Shown here piece after piece: positions 37,650 to 52,725 of a stretch of 64,000 nucleotides of DNA. The notes beneath the pieces are model-generated. The model saw only the letters and a list, made by a program, of their open reading frames with translations. It searched no databases and was not told the origin of the DNA. Position numbers and translations under genes: made by a program. This DNA is from Chrysomallon squamiferum (taxonomy: Eukaryota; Animalia; Mollusca): assembly GCA_012295275.1 (NCBI GenBank), contig CM022665.1:3720001-3784000 (forward strand). The letters run 5' to 3'. Numbering within the stretch: position 1 is the stretch's first letter; each line of letters opens with the position of its first letter.

Positions 37650-38453
37650 ACTGTCAAAATTAAATTATTTTCATTATAAAGAAAAAAAAAAAAATCTCGG
37701 TCGGATAGAAAAATAAGGCGCCACCTTTTCTGGATCCTCAAATGTAAAAAGGATTTTGGATCTGAATTTGACGTTATAAGAAATGAGAAAATTCGAAAAT
37801 ATTTTTCAGTTCTTTTTTTTCTTAAAAGAAATAAGAAGATAATAGAATATTTTTTATTTATTTTTTTTTTAAACTGTTTTAAAGATGACAGAAATCATTT
37901 TCTATTTTGTTTTAAAGATGGAATTATTATAAGAAATAATAAAACAAAAATGTCTATTTTCTGTTTTCTGTTTTCTTTCAAAGATTGTTCCTGGTGTTAC
38001 TCAGACTCACAAGATCTGATATAAAATATTTATTTCAAGTCAGTCCATCTCATTTAACGAACTGTAAATTTGATAAACATGGCGACAGCATCGTGGAGTG
38101 GCTTCGATCCATGGTTACAGACTGTCCGAAGAGGCTTTGTTCTTGGTCAACTGTTTTGACCTCCTGTGACCTTAATATTATTATATGACATGCGACGCCC
38201 AATAGCAACAAGAAACGTTTTTAATATCTGATAACGTGAGATTCTGTATGAAGGTATTACGAGAGGAAACCCGTTGTTGCCACTCAAAGGGTTACTGTTA
38301 CAGCGGCGACTGGTTTTTTTACATGCACGTAACTGTATGTATACAGCATGAACTTCGGTAAGCTGATAGAGTTGTTTCGGAAGAATGGAAGAGAAAATAT
38401 CAAAATGGTAAAATTCGAGAAGGATTGGTTATATTGGGAAAATAAAGCAGGAA

Positions 38454-38494
<41 letters not shown>

Positions 38495-41400
38495 CACACA
38501 CAAACGGACAAATACAGACAGACACAGACACAGACACACCCAGATAGATACATACACATACACACACACTGATTTCACATTGTAACGAAGCATTAATTTT
38601 TAATATCAGCCACGCAAATACAAACGCACAGAAACGCATTCATTTTTATACATTCACACATACAAACACTCACGCACACCTCAAGTTCATTGCTGAATTC
38701 ATTTTAAAAATAATTTTTAATTACTTATCAATTATGGAGTGAATGTGGCTTATTTATTTAATTCTTGTTCATTATCAAATCCCAATAACGAATTTCGTGA
38801 ACTAAAAAATATTTACTTCCATGAAAAAAAAAAAAAAAAGATTGTTAGAAAAACAGAATTCTCCAGAGTTCTTAAAATTAAACTTATTTTTAAGACACCA
38901 AAAAAAGAAACAACCACCAAATCATTTTAAAATTTTTTTCCATCAAGAAATATATTTATTTTTCTACAGTATCTGTGTATTATTTATTTTAAGCACAGCA
39001 GCTACAAAAGATAAATAAATGAGGTTCAGAAATCCGCTCTGGGAAATTTTGACATATGTGATTAAGGAATAACATTTTCGAAAATTGTCAATCCTCAACA
39101 GAAATATTAGAGACAAAAAATAGCAGTTCGCTGTAACTGTGTTATTAAAAATCAATAAGAATTATATTTGTGATAACTCATGAATTGTCTGTGGGATTCT
39201 TACGTTAAAGATATTTTAGTTTATCGTCAGCGGTTGCTTTCGTTTGTCACAGCTATGGCATAATACAGCGTGGATTGGTCTGTGATATTTTGGTAACATT
39301 TTGCGCAGCATTTTACCCGCTGTGGAAAACAAATGAATAGCAGTTTTAACTCTGTGGGTGAAGCATAAACAAATTACAACCGTTCACATTATCGAACATT
39401 TACTGTTTACACTACAGCTGACATGTTGGTGACGGGAAAAAAGAAAAAAAAAAAAAAAAAAAATAAGAGAAAGAAGAAGACTGTAATAATATAGTTTAAC
39501 TTTTTTATCCAAAGCATTATCCGCAATGAAATTACAACCCTTCACATTTTTACATTACGTGATATATACTGTGATGTAAAATAAATGACATTAGCAATTT
39601 TGACTGTTTTGGATATTATTATCTGTAAACACATTTAACCTTCCGTGAAAGGGAAAATAGCCTTTTTATTTTATTTTCATTCAGTACTTTTTTTTTCTTT
39701 CTTTTTCGTCTTCTTTTTTTTTTTTTTTTTTGTCGTAATACTTCAGGCGGCTCGCGCTATATATAACTAACACGTTCAGCAGTAATCAGAAAACGAGGGT
39801 GTCTAAAGTTTGCACTTGGATAATTGCAGAAATTATGCCATTTGCTTGTTAAAACTGCAATTGGGTTTCCGCTCTTTAACGCAAACAACCACACGCGAGG
39901 ACATTTCGTTTTGATGGAGTGTGTAACCAGCGAGTGACAAAATGTAAATTCAATTATTATTAATAACGCAGCACGGTTTGGACAGTGATGCCCGTGCATC
40001 GCGTTGTCTTCTCGATCTGAACATGTCTGCAGATTTATCGCAAGGTCGAAGACATCACTGAGTCAGAAGTCTTTTTGCAAGGTTGTAAACATCGTGGCCA
40101 TATTGATGGATCTGACAATAATTGTATTAGCGATGCAATGTTGTACCAGTGAATTGGAATTATGGTGTTTCTCATTGGCTTTTGTGACAAAATTTTGACA
40201 GATCTGTTGTTTTAAGCGATTATTTTAGACTCGTGAATGTGAATTAAAAATATATCTTTTGTCACAGATGTTAGACAAAGTTCTGAGAGAAATTTTGTAT
40301 TAGCTGGTGCATTATACAATAAAGTTTATTATTTTCACGCTTTGTTTTGTGATATCGCCATTTTGTTATATAAAGTTTTGACAAGACTGCGTTATATACT
40401 GATAAAACTAAAAGTTCATGTAGAAATTTCCTTAAGGTATAAATATGTTAATATTTATATCAGTTCTATATGATATCCAATAACCGATGTACTGATGTAC
40501 TGAACTATCATTACACTTGTATTATTCATTCTCTGTTACATAGAAAACTGTTTGATTAAGTGATATATTTAGTAGATATGAATTACTTTTTTCCTGCAAT
40601 ACGATCACTAATATGTACATTATATGTTTTCTATGTATGAGAACAAATAAACGACACATTTTTATGCTGATAATATGTTACTAAGCAGTCATTCATTAAT
40701 TGTCCTCTTCAGATTATTTTCCTAGGATATCACCATTTGATAAAACTGTCGTAACGTCTAATATAGTTTATATTAGTGGCTTTAAATTAGAACTTATATA
40801 AGTTTACTTCAGGATATACCAGTATTAAGATATGTATATTTAACAATCAACATATGTTTTGTTCTGATGTGTAGATCAACATTCATTTATTATTATGTCT
40901 TAAACAAACAATTTAAAAAAAAAATAGGGAGTAGAACTTTGGGGTTAACTGGTATACTTATTACAGGATTAACGGATGTGAATTAGGATTATATGTTTTT
41001 TTCTACGATGATGTAGTTTGCTAGACAAAGGTTCTGGCAGAATCTTTGAACAAAATGATATACTTCACACTAGCTGATACGAAGTTAAAATTATGGGTTT
41101 CTCCAGCGATGTCACAGTTTGTTATGCAAAGTTTTGATTAGAAACCGGAGGATGGAAACATAATCATTCTTCTCCCAGAGGTTTACTAAGTTAGACAATA
41201 CTCCATTACTTCTCTCTCTCTACATTCCGTCCTCATTATTTATAGAGCTTTTCACCCTGCGACTGAATTCCCAATCCAGACATTACTTTCCCGTCAGAAT
41301 AAAAGCTTTCTTTTAAAACAAGACATGATGATCTTGCACATTTTCACGTTGATTCCTTGTAGTCATTTTTCTCCTGTAGTGTAAGCTTTTGCGTAAAGCG

Positions 41401-41763
41401 TGAATCTTATTATAACAGTATTACGAAACCTGTAATGGGAATAGCTTACTGCATAGTAATTGAATATCTGGCTTTTTTGTCGACAAGATATATGAAATTT
41501 TAAAATCAAATGAACAGTGAATCATGCAAGACTGCAAACTTTTGAAATTCTGATTATAATTACTGTTACAACATCAACAGTAACATAAAGTTACTGCTAT
41601 TACTACTATTACCACTATTTTTAAGAATTCTACTACTGCTGCTGCTACTACTACTACACTACTACTACTGCTACTACCACTATTATTCCTACAGCTATTA
41701 TAACCACGACAACGACAATCATGATAACAACAAGAAAAACATCTATTACTACTGTTGCTACTA

Positions 41764-41838
41764 CAGGTTCCGGACCAATTATCCGGACTCCTTGGGGCCT
41801 GAGGCATTCCGGATTTCTGTATTTTCCGGTTTTCTGGT
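41764..41838 (+). mobile_element. Solo terminus of a Tigger-like DNA transposon/MITE
   Basis: TA|caggtt...ttatccgg...ttgggg...ttccggatttc shares caggtt, ttatccg and cggatttc with the reverse complement of 3709-3757. Preceded by TA, the Tc1/mariner target. Confidence 0.55.
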
Positions 41839-41960
41839 ACCAAGGCATCTAAATACGCAAATAATTAGGCATAAACATTTTAAACCAAAAACATAAAGAA
41901 AAATTGACGATACACAACAGTGGCTACTCGACACATAATCAATGCGGCGAGTGAATGAAC

Positions 41961-42240
41961 GCCACCACCACCACCACCCCCACCACAACTACTACTACTA
42001 CTACTACTGCTACTATTGCTATTACTAATTTTATTGTTACTGTTACTACTGTTACTAATTTTATTGTTACTGTTACTACTATTACTAATACTAATACTGC
42101 TACCACTACTACAACAACTACTATTTCTCTTACTACTGCAGCTTCTACAGCAACTACTACTGTTACTGCTACTACGACTACGACAATTAATAATAAGAAC
42201 AATAATGATGATGATTTGATAATACTGATGAGGACGACAG
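41961..42240. repeat. (ACC/ACT/ATT)n low-complexity tract with an internal 30-bp duplication
   Basis: Directly visible; source of the Thr/Val/Leu-rich ORFs. Confidence 0.9.
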
Positions 42241-43317
42241 TGATGCTATAAAGATGATTATAATGATGTATAAAATTTCACCTAACTGATGTTAATTAAC
42301 AAACTAAAATTACAGTATAAACTAAAAAAATGAATCCCTAACAACAAAAAACTAACAGTTGGAGAAAGCATAGTAAAAAAAAAACAATATCATCATCATC
42401 ATTATCAACAAAAACAAACAATAACTGAAAACAGAAGCAGCAGAAAAAACATATATCTAATCTAATTTGATGCTGCATTTCTGGACAAATAAATTGTGTA
42501 TTCGAAATAAATGCTATTGAGAGATAAAACCTGCAAATGCTGTGGTCTGCAGGTTATCTCGAAAGGGTATCCGTCTCTGGAGAACAAACGTAAAATTAAT
42601 GTCAAACATTATTACAGAAACGATCGATAGAAAGCAAGTTACTGTTTCCATTATGGCGCGGAAAAAACACGTATTTTACAATAAAAAGGCCAATGTGCAA
42701 TGCAGAATTGTGTACGCGCATGCCAGCCTTGTGAATAAAGATGTAATTGAAGCAGAGCCCGATTATTTTCTCAAGTAAAACGAAGCCGATCTAAATGGTG
42801 ATTTGATGTTAACATTAACAATATTTTTCACAGTCCGAATCACAGATTAAAAAAATAATAAAAAAATAAAAAAATAAAAAAATAGAAGAACTCAAAGAAA
42901 TATGATGTTAAAGCTGATGGTTAAGATTAAAAATTGGAATAAGCGAATATGATGAAAATCAAGATAATGTTAATGGTTAATATGAATATGGGAAACAAAG
43001 CAAAAAAAAAACAACTTGTTTAACAATAACAAGAAAAACGATGATGGAGATGAAGCAAAAATGATTACATAGAAGACGTAAATATAGAAACGATACAGGG
43101 GATAATGAAAATATTTATAGAAATGTGATTTGTTGAGAAATAAGGACGACGAGGTAGACAGAACAAGTTTGTGAAAGAAAAAAAGTGAAATAAAAAAAAG
43201 CCTTGAAAAAAAAAAAAAAAAAAAGGTGATATAACGAGAAAAGAACCAGTCTCTGTATAAACCCGTTACTTAGTCCGGTCATGTACTGTTTCACTAAGTT
43301 TCACACTGCTTGTTTAG

Positions 43318-43515
43318 CATAGGCTGTGGTATGTGCTTTCCTGCCTGTCTAAGGGAGGGTTCCTATAATCACCCCCTTATTCTATTAAAAAAAAAAAAAG
43401 TAGAGAACGGTAGCGGCAGTGGGTTTGTTGACTTACTAGCTGTACACATTAATTACAGATGTAAAGCAATAAAACTGTTCTTTAAAAATGGGTAAAGTGC
43501 GTTATTAACAAAATG
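43318..43515 (+). mobile_element. Decayed SINE body (same family as 47830-47975 and 52547-52720)
   Basis: tgtggtatgtgctttc...gggagggttcctata aligns with the reverse complement of 47880-47930 (tgtggtattttgctttc...gggaaggttcatat). Confidence 0.55.
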
Positions 43516-45339
43516 TCACGTTCGTTTTTATTTAAACCCAGCTCTCATAATTTTCTTCCAGCGTCTTCGTGGATGTCTGACATCGAGTTAAAGTTAATTA
43601 TTTTAAAATAACATTACTGCTAACGCCTACAAATGTATGTACAACCTACAAACGATCCTCGTGAAAACGTTGTTTAAAATGACTTATTAGTGGAAATGGT
43701 GCACAAAGTTATTTACATTTCTTATCAAGTTTGATGGTCTCTAATTTCAATCTGTATTCCGACTTCTGCTTGGCGCGCCTGCGAGCGAATTGTGATCAGA
43801 CTAACGAAAGGTGATTTCTGCGAATTTTGCTTTCCGATCAGCTGTTATTCGTCTAATGAATACATTGATTTACTACCACGGATCTCACGGCCGTGTTTAA
43901 CGCTGTAACCACGTACACTTGTTCGTACTTGTCTGTGCCAGTGATTCACGCAATCGTGATTTTTATTCTGTAACCTAATACAGTGATGTAGCCTTGACAA
44001 TTTAGACGGTCCGGCAATAAAAATAATCACGTAAGTCTAAGACTTCTGAATTTAGGTCTGGTAGGTTGTGGAATGGTATTTCGGAATCGAGCGATTTGGA
44101 GAGAAGTGATTCGATACCGTTTTTCATTAATTTTTTCTCCTCACTATTCAGTTCTTGCTATTGTAGACATATAATTTATTCTGATTCACAGTCTGTCAAT
44201 GGTTAAGACGTAATAGATTACGCCAGTGGGTTGTCGGATCAACTCCCGCTATCGATTATGCTTGAAGACGGAAAGTACATAACGATTTCTTTCTTTCTTC
44301 GCTTATTGATTTTAACACTAACCTGCTTATTCAATCCAGGCTCGTAAATTTCATGCTAAGACATCCAGCTTACATGTTAGCTGAACCAAAATAAATTCAG
44401 CTGAAATAAAATGAACAAACAAAAGATGGGGGAAAAAAAAGAGAAAAGAATACGCTGTGGTTTTACTGCAAACTAGGACGTAGGAACTGTGAAAATCGTC
44501 CATTTTGAATTTGGTTAAATTATTCACTGGGTGATTTTGTAGAACTTTTCGTACAGAATTACACTCACTCAATCCTAATATAATTAACCAGCACAAAAAC
44601 AATTTGTTGGGTAGTTTTGTTTGGTCCGGCATGGGAGAGGGTGAGGGTTATTTTAAGTAATGACTCTGCTGCATTTATTTTTAATTACCGCATAGAGATA
44701 TTTTTATTATTATTATTATTATTTTAACATGAATTTTCTCAAACACACACACAGAGACACACATATACGCATATACACAAATCACGAAACACAGGCAATA
44801 ATATACATCCTCTTTGAGCACTGGCTGGAACGATACATAAATCAAAACCGAATCCCTTACGTCACGACGCAGTCAGAAAGCGATCAGTCAATACACTTTC
44901 AACAGCAGCACGCCAGATAGTTCTTAAGAAACAAAGATAGAAACAATACGTCTAAATTTAATTGAAAGATTTATTTCCATGCAATGTTCTCTGTCTTAAT
45001 ATTTATCTCAGAATCAAAACGTCTGGAAGTAAAATGGCAGGTTATTTATTGATATGAAAACATTAATCTGAAAAGTCGCGATTTTCTGTTCGTCTTTCGT
45101 TCATTTGATTACTCTCACCCAAAGCGGAGACCTCCCTGATAAAACCAATCTCGTTTCCGTGACGAATCGTTATTATATTACCATATCAAGTAATAAGATC
45201 TCTAATATTTATAAGAATTGATTTGCAATATATCGTTGATCTTATGATGTCACAGAATTTGACATGCTGGTGTTTCCGTATGAAATAACTGCAATACTGA
45301 ATATTATATTCTAAAAGAAGAAAAAAAAAAAGAAAAAAG

Positions 45340-45370
<31 letters not shown>

Positions 45371-45646
45371 AAAGAAAAAAGAAAAAAAAAAGGAAGATAA
45401 ATTCATATTTCGATTTCATCCTGTTTAGACAGATAACATTTTTCCAATATTTCATCAGAAGCCTCGGTAAAAAATGATGAACAGGATTTTATTGCTTTTC
45501 GTTTTCTTTTCTTTCTTTTTAATACTTCTGAAAGATTTAATAGTGTACCATATAACACCATGACGTTAGAGACTCCGAAAATTTAAAGACTGGTGCAGAA
45601 TTAATAGAAAAAAAAAAAATAGTAGCTCGCCTAGGGCCTTCTGGAT

Positions 45647-45768
<122 letters not shown>

Positions 45769-46547
45769 TTTTTGTAATCAAGAATTAATGCTTGAAATGA
45801 TTTGTTTTTGTTTTTGAATGTAATAATAATTAGGTATAAAAATAAATAAGTAAATAAATAAATAAATAAATAAAATAAAAAAAGACCTAAAGAGCACCAA
45901 GTATGACAAGAAAACTTAAATTGATTTTTATCGAACTATGAAGCCTCACGTTTTCTAAGTCATAGCTAGACGTATGCTGAAGTTACATTTATTATTTGCT
46001 CATATAGTACAAAATCTCAGACACAAACACAAAGATAATTCATATTCTAAGACAAACCCCCCAAAAACAGATATATTTCATATTAATGTTTCAAACAAAA
46101 CAATATAATAAATATATGTTTCAAGCAAAACAAAACAAAACAAAACAAAACAAAACAATATATATATATATATATATATACTTTTATTTTTAAACAATAA
46201 CATGACTTCAATTTGTCAACTCAGTCTGTTACACAAACAGGCACTGACGCAGAAACAAGTGAAATCTGGTTGAATGACGTGGCTATTTCGCTTGACTGCG
46301 AGGAGTTTAAGGAACGCTAAGAGCATGACTGAAAAACGCCAACACGTGCGTCCCACTATTAACACAGCGTCTCTGCTCCAGCAAACCTGACAATAAACCT
46401 TCAGCAAGCCTCGTTACGCTGACAACGTACTTTCTGAAATCTTCGCCGAACCTGTCGCAGGAATTAAAACAGATTATTTTCAGTGTCAAGTTGATCTACT
46501 TCACATAATTATGTACCTCGTGCGATCATTTTATTTCTACAGACAGG

Positions 46548-46580
<33 letters not shown>

Positions 46581-47166
46581 CACCCACACATTTATTTATT
46601 TATTCAATGGTGAAATAAGAACGGCAAATAAAATGACAAGATATACTAGATAAAGAAGTCGCATGATTAATGTTCTTCTCAAAACGTCCACAGACGTTTT
46701 TCTGTTCCACGCTGTTAACGAAAGTCAGTTGTTTTGCGGTTTACTGTTTATGATTAGGTGCATGTAAAATTGTTTTATAATAAAAAAAAAAAATAAAATT
46801 TAAAAAAGCCGGATGACGCATGGCGGATTTTATTTTTATTTACAAAATATTTTTGAAGGTTGGAATCTGCAGAAAAAGCCGTTGTGGGCTAATTTGAATA
46901 CGAGTGAAAGATAACTCTGTAGTGACATCAATTTGTCTCGTTGTCGAGTAACGGCGTCACGAAGCAATCACAGGCGACATGAAATGCACGTTCTTTCAGT
47001 TGGTAAGCAAGATTTGGGGGCTTAATTAAAACATCAAAAAAAAAAAAAAAAAAAAAATATTGAGAAAATGTATAGTGTTGGGAAAATATCTGAATGTGGG
47101 CCAAGATGACAAACTGCTTATTTTAAATAGAACTAAATAAGAAAACAACAACAACAACAACAACAC

Positions 47167-47202
<36 letters not shown>

Positions 47203-47829
47203 TAAAATTAAAATTAAAAAAAAATAAAAAAAAAAAAAAAAAAAAAAAAAATAAATAAAAAAAAAAATAAAACAAATAAAATAATAATAATAATAATAAT
47301 ATGAGAAAGAAGAAGAAGAAGAACAACAACAACAAAAACCAACCCAACAGCAACAACAACAACAACAACGAAACAAACAAAATATGTACAGAATAAAGAA
47401 TATATTTAAAAAAAAAAAAAAAAAACCCCTGAAATGAAGTATAAGTCTGTAACAAAACAAAACAAAATGAAATGAAGCAGCTGATTAAGAACAAACAGTT
47501 AACATAAGCTTCATAAACTGTTTCACAAAACGTTTCAAAAACACATGATCTTATTACAGTGTCTTCACTACGTCTATTTTATTATCTTCCAAAGCCGATA
47601 AAACGAATAAAACTGAAACAGAAAACAGACAAAATAACAAAGACTTTTTTTTTTTTTTTTTTTTTTCCGGACCAGTGATCGACAAGTTTCTTAAGCCGAT
47701 TTGCAGTCGGGAAGGAAAACACAACTGTTCGTTTGAAGACCGGATAGCAGTTTTCAGTGAATGGATGTTTAACGAGGCCTCCACGTTTATTAGGTGTGAA
47801 ACACATGCCTCTTTGCATAGCGATAAACC

Positions 47830-47975
47830 GAGAGAAGAAACTCACTCCACAGTCTACCCTTACCGATTAGCAGCAAGTGATCTGTAATATGAACCTTCCC
47901 GCAGAACCTTAGAAAGCAAAATACCACAAGATTTTACCATTCTGTCTAAGGAAGTGTGTGGAATGGGAAATAATG
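47830..47975 (-). mobile_element. Decayed SINE body
   Basis: Minus-strand gggaaggttcatattacagatcacttgctgctaatcggtaag aligns with gggaaggttcatataaaacacactttttgctaactgataag at 52680. Confidence 0.6.
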
Positions 47976-48415
47976 AAAAGAATGCACTGAGAATTGATGG
48001 CGCTTTAATGTAATAAACTATAATAGATACTGTAATGGTATCATTGTTTTACATTTTAAATCAGTAATATAACTTTATGGTATTATATTACTCATCGTTT
48101 GAAACATTATATAAAATACCACACAAACATAAATCTGGATTGTGTGTGTATTCTAAAGTTGTTAACAATAAGGGACCAGTTTTACGACAGCACTATGTAT
48201 TCATTGGTAAAACAGTTTTCATCTTATAATCATCTGCCTGCAATCACAAATGAATGAATGAATAAATAAATAAATAAAAAAAGCTAAGCATAACAAAACA
48301 AAACAAAACAATCAATCAATCAACCAGTCAAACAAATCAGTTAATTAATATACAAAATAAAATAGTATGCTAATAAATGAATATATAAATAATATAAAAA
48401 ATAAAATAAAGAAAA

Positions 48416-48451
<36 letters not shown>

Positions 48452-49626
48452 ACCAAACAAAACAAAATAAGTTAGTAAGTGAATGAATGACTGAATTAAT
48501 AATATAATATAATATAATATAATATAATAAATAAATAAATAAATAATTAAACAATGTGCAGTTGTCAAGACAGGAACAAAAAAATGCAGAAGATCATAAT
48601 TTATTATCCAAAAACAGTGTCTTCCTTCCTCGCTCCGTTCTCGTATTCTTGAAATATAATTTATGTCCGAAGAGTGTTTATTTGTTGAAGTAAATCTCGA
48701 TAACTTCCTGAAGACCGAGGAAATGAGCATGTTCTCGAACGATTCAGAAATGATTTTATCACGTTTTCATCGTTCTGGACGTGTTTCCAGCCGCTATCAA
48801 ATGGCAAGGGAAAAAAACACGTCTTTCATGTGGACGCGGCCGATCTTGAATCCTGTTTTATCCAGTTCGGAATGCGGCGCGTCAGTGAAGCGAGGGACAG
48901 TTATGTTTATGTTGGCATTGCTGGCTCTACCTGTCTACACCAAGACAACAAGGAACCCAGAATATTTCACATGCATTCACGGTCAACATTGGACAAGGTT
49001 TCATTTGACCCAGTTTAGAAATGTATTGAGTTGATGTCTCTCTCTCCCCTCCCTCCCTTCCATCTATGAACCAATCTGTCTGTCTGTCTGTCTGTCTATC
49101 TGTCTCTATTTTTCCATCTGTCGTTCTGTCTATTTATTTATCTTTTATGTATGTATGTATATATATATATATATATAGACAGAAAGAGATAGTTGCACAG
49201 AAAAGAATAAATACATATAGACACATAGACAGAAAGACAGATAGAAAGACTGAGAGACAAATATATAAATAGACAGATAGAGAGAGAGAGAAAGAAACGT
49301 GAGTTAGATGTATCAGAGATTTTTTATTTATTTCACTATGTCATTTCAAAATAATTTCAAAATAAAACAGATAAATAAAAAAAAAAAAAAAAGAAGAAGA
49401 AGAAGAAAAATTAAACTGAAGAAATGAAAACAAAAAGAAACAGATAAAAAAACGAAGAAAAAGAAGAAGAAGAAGAAAAAAAAAAAACCATAGTCATCAC
49501 TTCAGTTTTATGGCTCCACGAAGTAATTTAACTTTCATTTACTTTTATACAGCTTTGCTAGATTACATTTTTTTTATTTTTTATTTTAAATGGAAACTAT
49601 TCGATTCTTAGATACAACCATCTGTG

Positions 49627-49673
<47 letters not shown>

Positions 49674-51459
49674 ATCACTTTATTTTTCACAACCGTGATT
49701 CACTACATTGATTGTGTCAGGGTCTTCGGCATGATGAAACTGTACTTGACTCTTGAGCTATCGATTTTACAAAACCAATCATCATGGCTAATAGAATTTC
49801 TCGATGCACGGGCTTGTCTGAGGGCGGCGTTGATACCACGCCGGCTGTCAGGAATTCCATGTACGCCCAGCGTGAAGTTTGTGAGACTCTTTTTTTCAGA
49901 TAATGGTGTGTAATAACAGTCTCAGCAGGCAAACAGTTTTAATTTTTGTCATGTACCCCGCGCGTCTGTTCATAAGCAAAAAGTTGCGCTGTGTGCGATA
50001 CACAGTGAAATAAATTACATACTGTGAATTTGAATAAGTGTGTGTGTGTGTGTGTGTGTGTTTGTTAACAGTTTCCAGTTATGTGTCTAGGAGTTTACTT
50101 TTCCTATTTTTCCTTGTTAATTACTGATATTATATATTCTTTTATGTTTTTCTTCTGATAAAAAAAAAAATAATAATAATAAAATAATAATAATAATATA
50201 ATAAATAACTAAATAAATAAATCAAAATGAAATCAAAATAAAATAAAAATAAAAATAAAGGGGAAAAGAAAGAAAGAAAAAAAATGAGACCTTTTCGTCA
50301 GTGTATTCATTATATCTGTCCCTGATTCAGTTAATCTTTTGAAATGCACATACATCATTTCAAGACTAACGTACTTCTGGTTTTGGTCGGATAACCCTCA
50401 GACATTAGCGAAAGACTGTGCTGGAAACGGTGTGGGTAATTTTGTTTGGCATTCTTCCATTACAGAATTGCCTGGTCCCGGAGAAACATCTCTCACTCGC
50501 CAGAGAGTTCTGTACAAGACTGACAAAGAACGTGTTAGTATGTTAAATTGTTAGTAAGAGCAGAACACAGCGTTAACGGTCTGACACTCGCTTGTCCAGT
50601 TACTGCGTGGCCGGTTTTCACTACAACAACACCGAGTTTTAGCAGAAGACAACAGAGAGGTATATTGTTTTACCTAAGCGTTTTACGTTAAACTTAAAAC
50701 TAGAAAAACACCTGGCTTAACTCTGACGGGGAAAAAGATCAAACTAACCAGGAGAAAAGCGATAAAAATCAAGTTCGCCGATTCCTTTCGATTTCCTATG
50801 ATAACTCTCTTTACTTGAAGATTGGGTTCAGATTTTGTTTTTAAACAAAACAGTAACAACAGCTTTGACACGGTAAGCGGTACAATGCGGTCTGGTTTTA
50901 TTCAGCCATGTTTTCGTAAGAAATGTAAGTGAAGGAGAAACTTGAAACAAAATTTCAAGCGGAGCTTTTTTTTTTTTTTTTTTTATTAATTTATTATTTT
51001 TTTTTAGAATCAGAATTTGCTATTTAACTTTTGGAATAGGTTCAGAAATTAATCATGATAAAAAGAGAAGTTTGTGAGATATCTGGAGGCTAAACATTTA
51101 TTTGTAAACTGATAAGATCAAACATGAAAATGAGTAGACATTTTAAAACGAGAGAAAACAATTAACGGGTTCGTGAGTAACGGGTTTCTGGTTTCCGTCA
51201 AACAGTTCATAGATCTGCACTTTTAATATTAACAAGGACATAAAGCAAAAATAAAAAAATTCCATACAGATATGTATAGTTATCATATTCAGTTTTGTTT
51301 TTTCTTTTATAAACTGAGGGTGCATTCGTATGTGTCTATATATATATCTGTGTGTATGGTTGTATATATGTATGTATATGCATATATTTTTCAAGCAAAG
51401 TATCAGATATGTCTCAAACAAAATCAATTTTAAAAATACATGAAACCCATATATAAATC

Positions 51460-51492
<33 letters not shown>

Positions 51493-51856
51493 TTTTTTTT
51501 TTTTTTTTTTGAACTTTGGCCAAGTATACAATATGTGTGACTTCTTTATTGTACAGTCTAGGATTTAGGTGTAAAATAAACGAGAAGTAGAAACTAATAA
51601 TAACTCACTCTGAAAGTAATTTTGACGAATTGTCCTCATTAGCATATATATACATAAGGTTTGGTGATGTGACTCTTACCCATTCCTTCAACAACTGTAG
51701 TGACCTGAAGTATCAAGGATCGTTATTTGAGCTCTGTGTAGAGTTAATTCGATACTGTTTTCTATTACCGTACATCATCCGAGTTTGTGCAGGAGGGTGC
51801 TTTGTAATAATTATAGTTAATGAAATAATATTAGTAATACAACAACATTTGCGATG

Positions 51857-51897
<41 letters not shown>

Positions 51898-52277
51898 TAT
51901 TATTATTATTATTATTATTATTAATAGTAGTAGTAGTAGTAGTAGTAGTTTATTATTATTGTTGTTGTTAATATAGTTTTGTTGTTATTGTTGTTTATAT
52001 CATTATTATCATAACGATATAAACAAAGACGTTAACAACAACAATAATAATAAAGATGAAGATTCAACCATAAATAAAAAAATAAACATAAATATATATA
52101 CACATACATTTACATTCCTTAAAAACATTTAATTAGATCTAAAAAACTTCATTATTATTATTGCAATGATAAATAGTAATAATTACTGTTGTCGTTGTTG
52201 TTGTTATTGTTATTATAATTGTTATTACATCATTATAGCTATTATTACCACTATTATTATCATTATATTATTATTAA

Positions 52278-52323
<46 letters not shown>

Positions 52324-52340
52324 TAATAATAATAATAATA

Positions 52341-52375
<35 letters not shown>

Positions 52376-52546
52376 GACCAGTGAAAACTGCTGTTCACAA
52401 CAGCAAGAACTGCGAGAGAAGATAAACATCAGAAAGGTAATTAATCTGCTTGTTATCTGATCTGAAGAAAGATTAAACATCTGATTCAAAATCAAAACGC
52501 CACCTGCTCCTTAGTTTCTTTGTTTCAAAATGTGTTTGTTCCGGAG

Positions 52547-52725
52547 TCTCAATAGCTCACTGGTTAGACCACTGGTCCGAAATTCGACAGGCCACAGGTT
52601 CAATCTCTCTTATCCTGCTGCTGGGCTACTTTCTTCATTATTTATTTTCAAAGAGTTTAATTTGAAGCTCTCCTTCTATGGGAAGGTTCATATAAAACAC
52701 ACTTTTTGCTAACTGATAAGAGTTG
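52547..52725 (+). mobile_element. tRNA-derived SINE (head plus partial body)
   Basis: A box tagctcactggttaga from 52553, B box ggttcaatc 52597-52605, then a body shared with the copies at 43318 and 47830. No acceptor-stem pairing, so not a tRNA gene. Confidence 0.65.

Noticed and set aside
40060-41140. Weakly similar segments at ~40130, 40270 and 41020
   Set aside because: The similarity is too patchy to define a repeat unit by eye.
52547-52615. tRNA gene
   Set aside because: A and B boxes are present, but there is no acceptor-stem pairing and the sequence runs into a SINE body.
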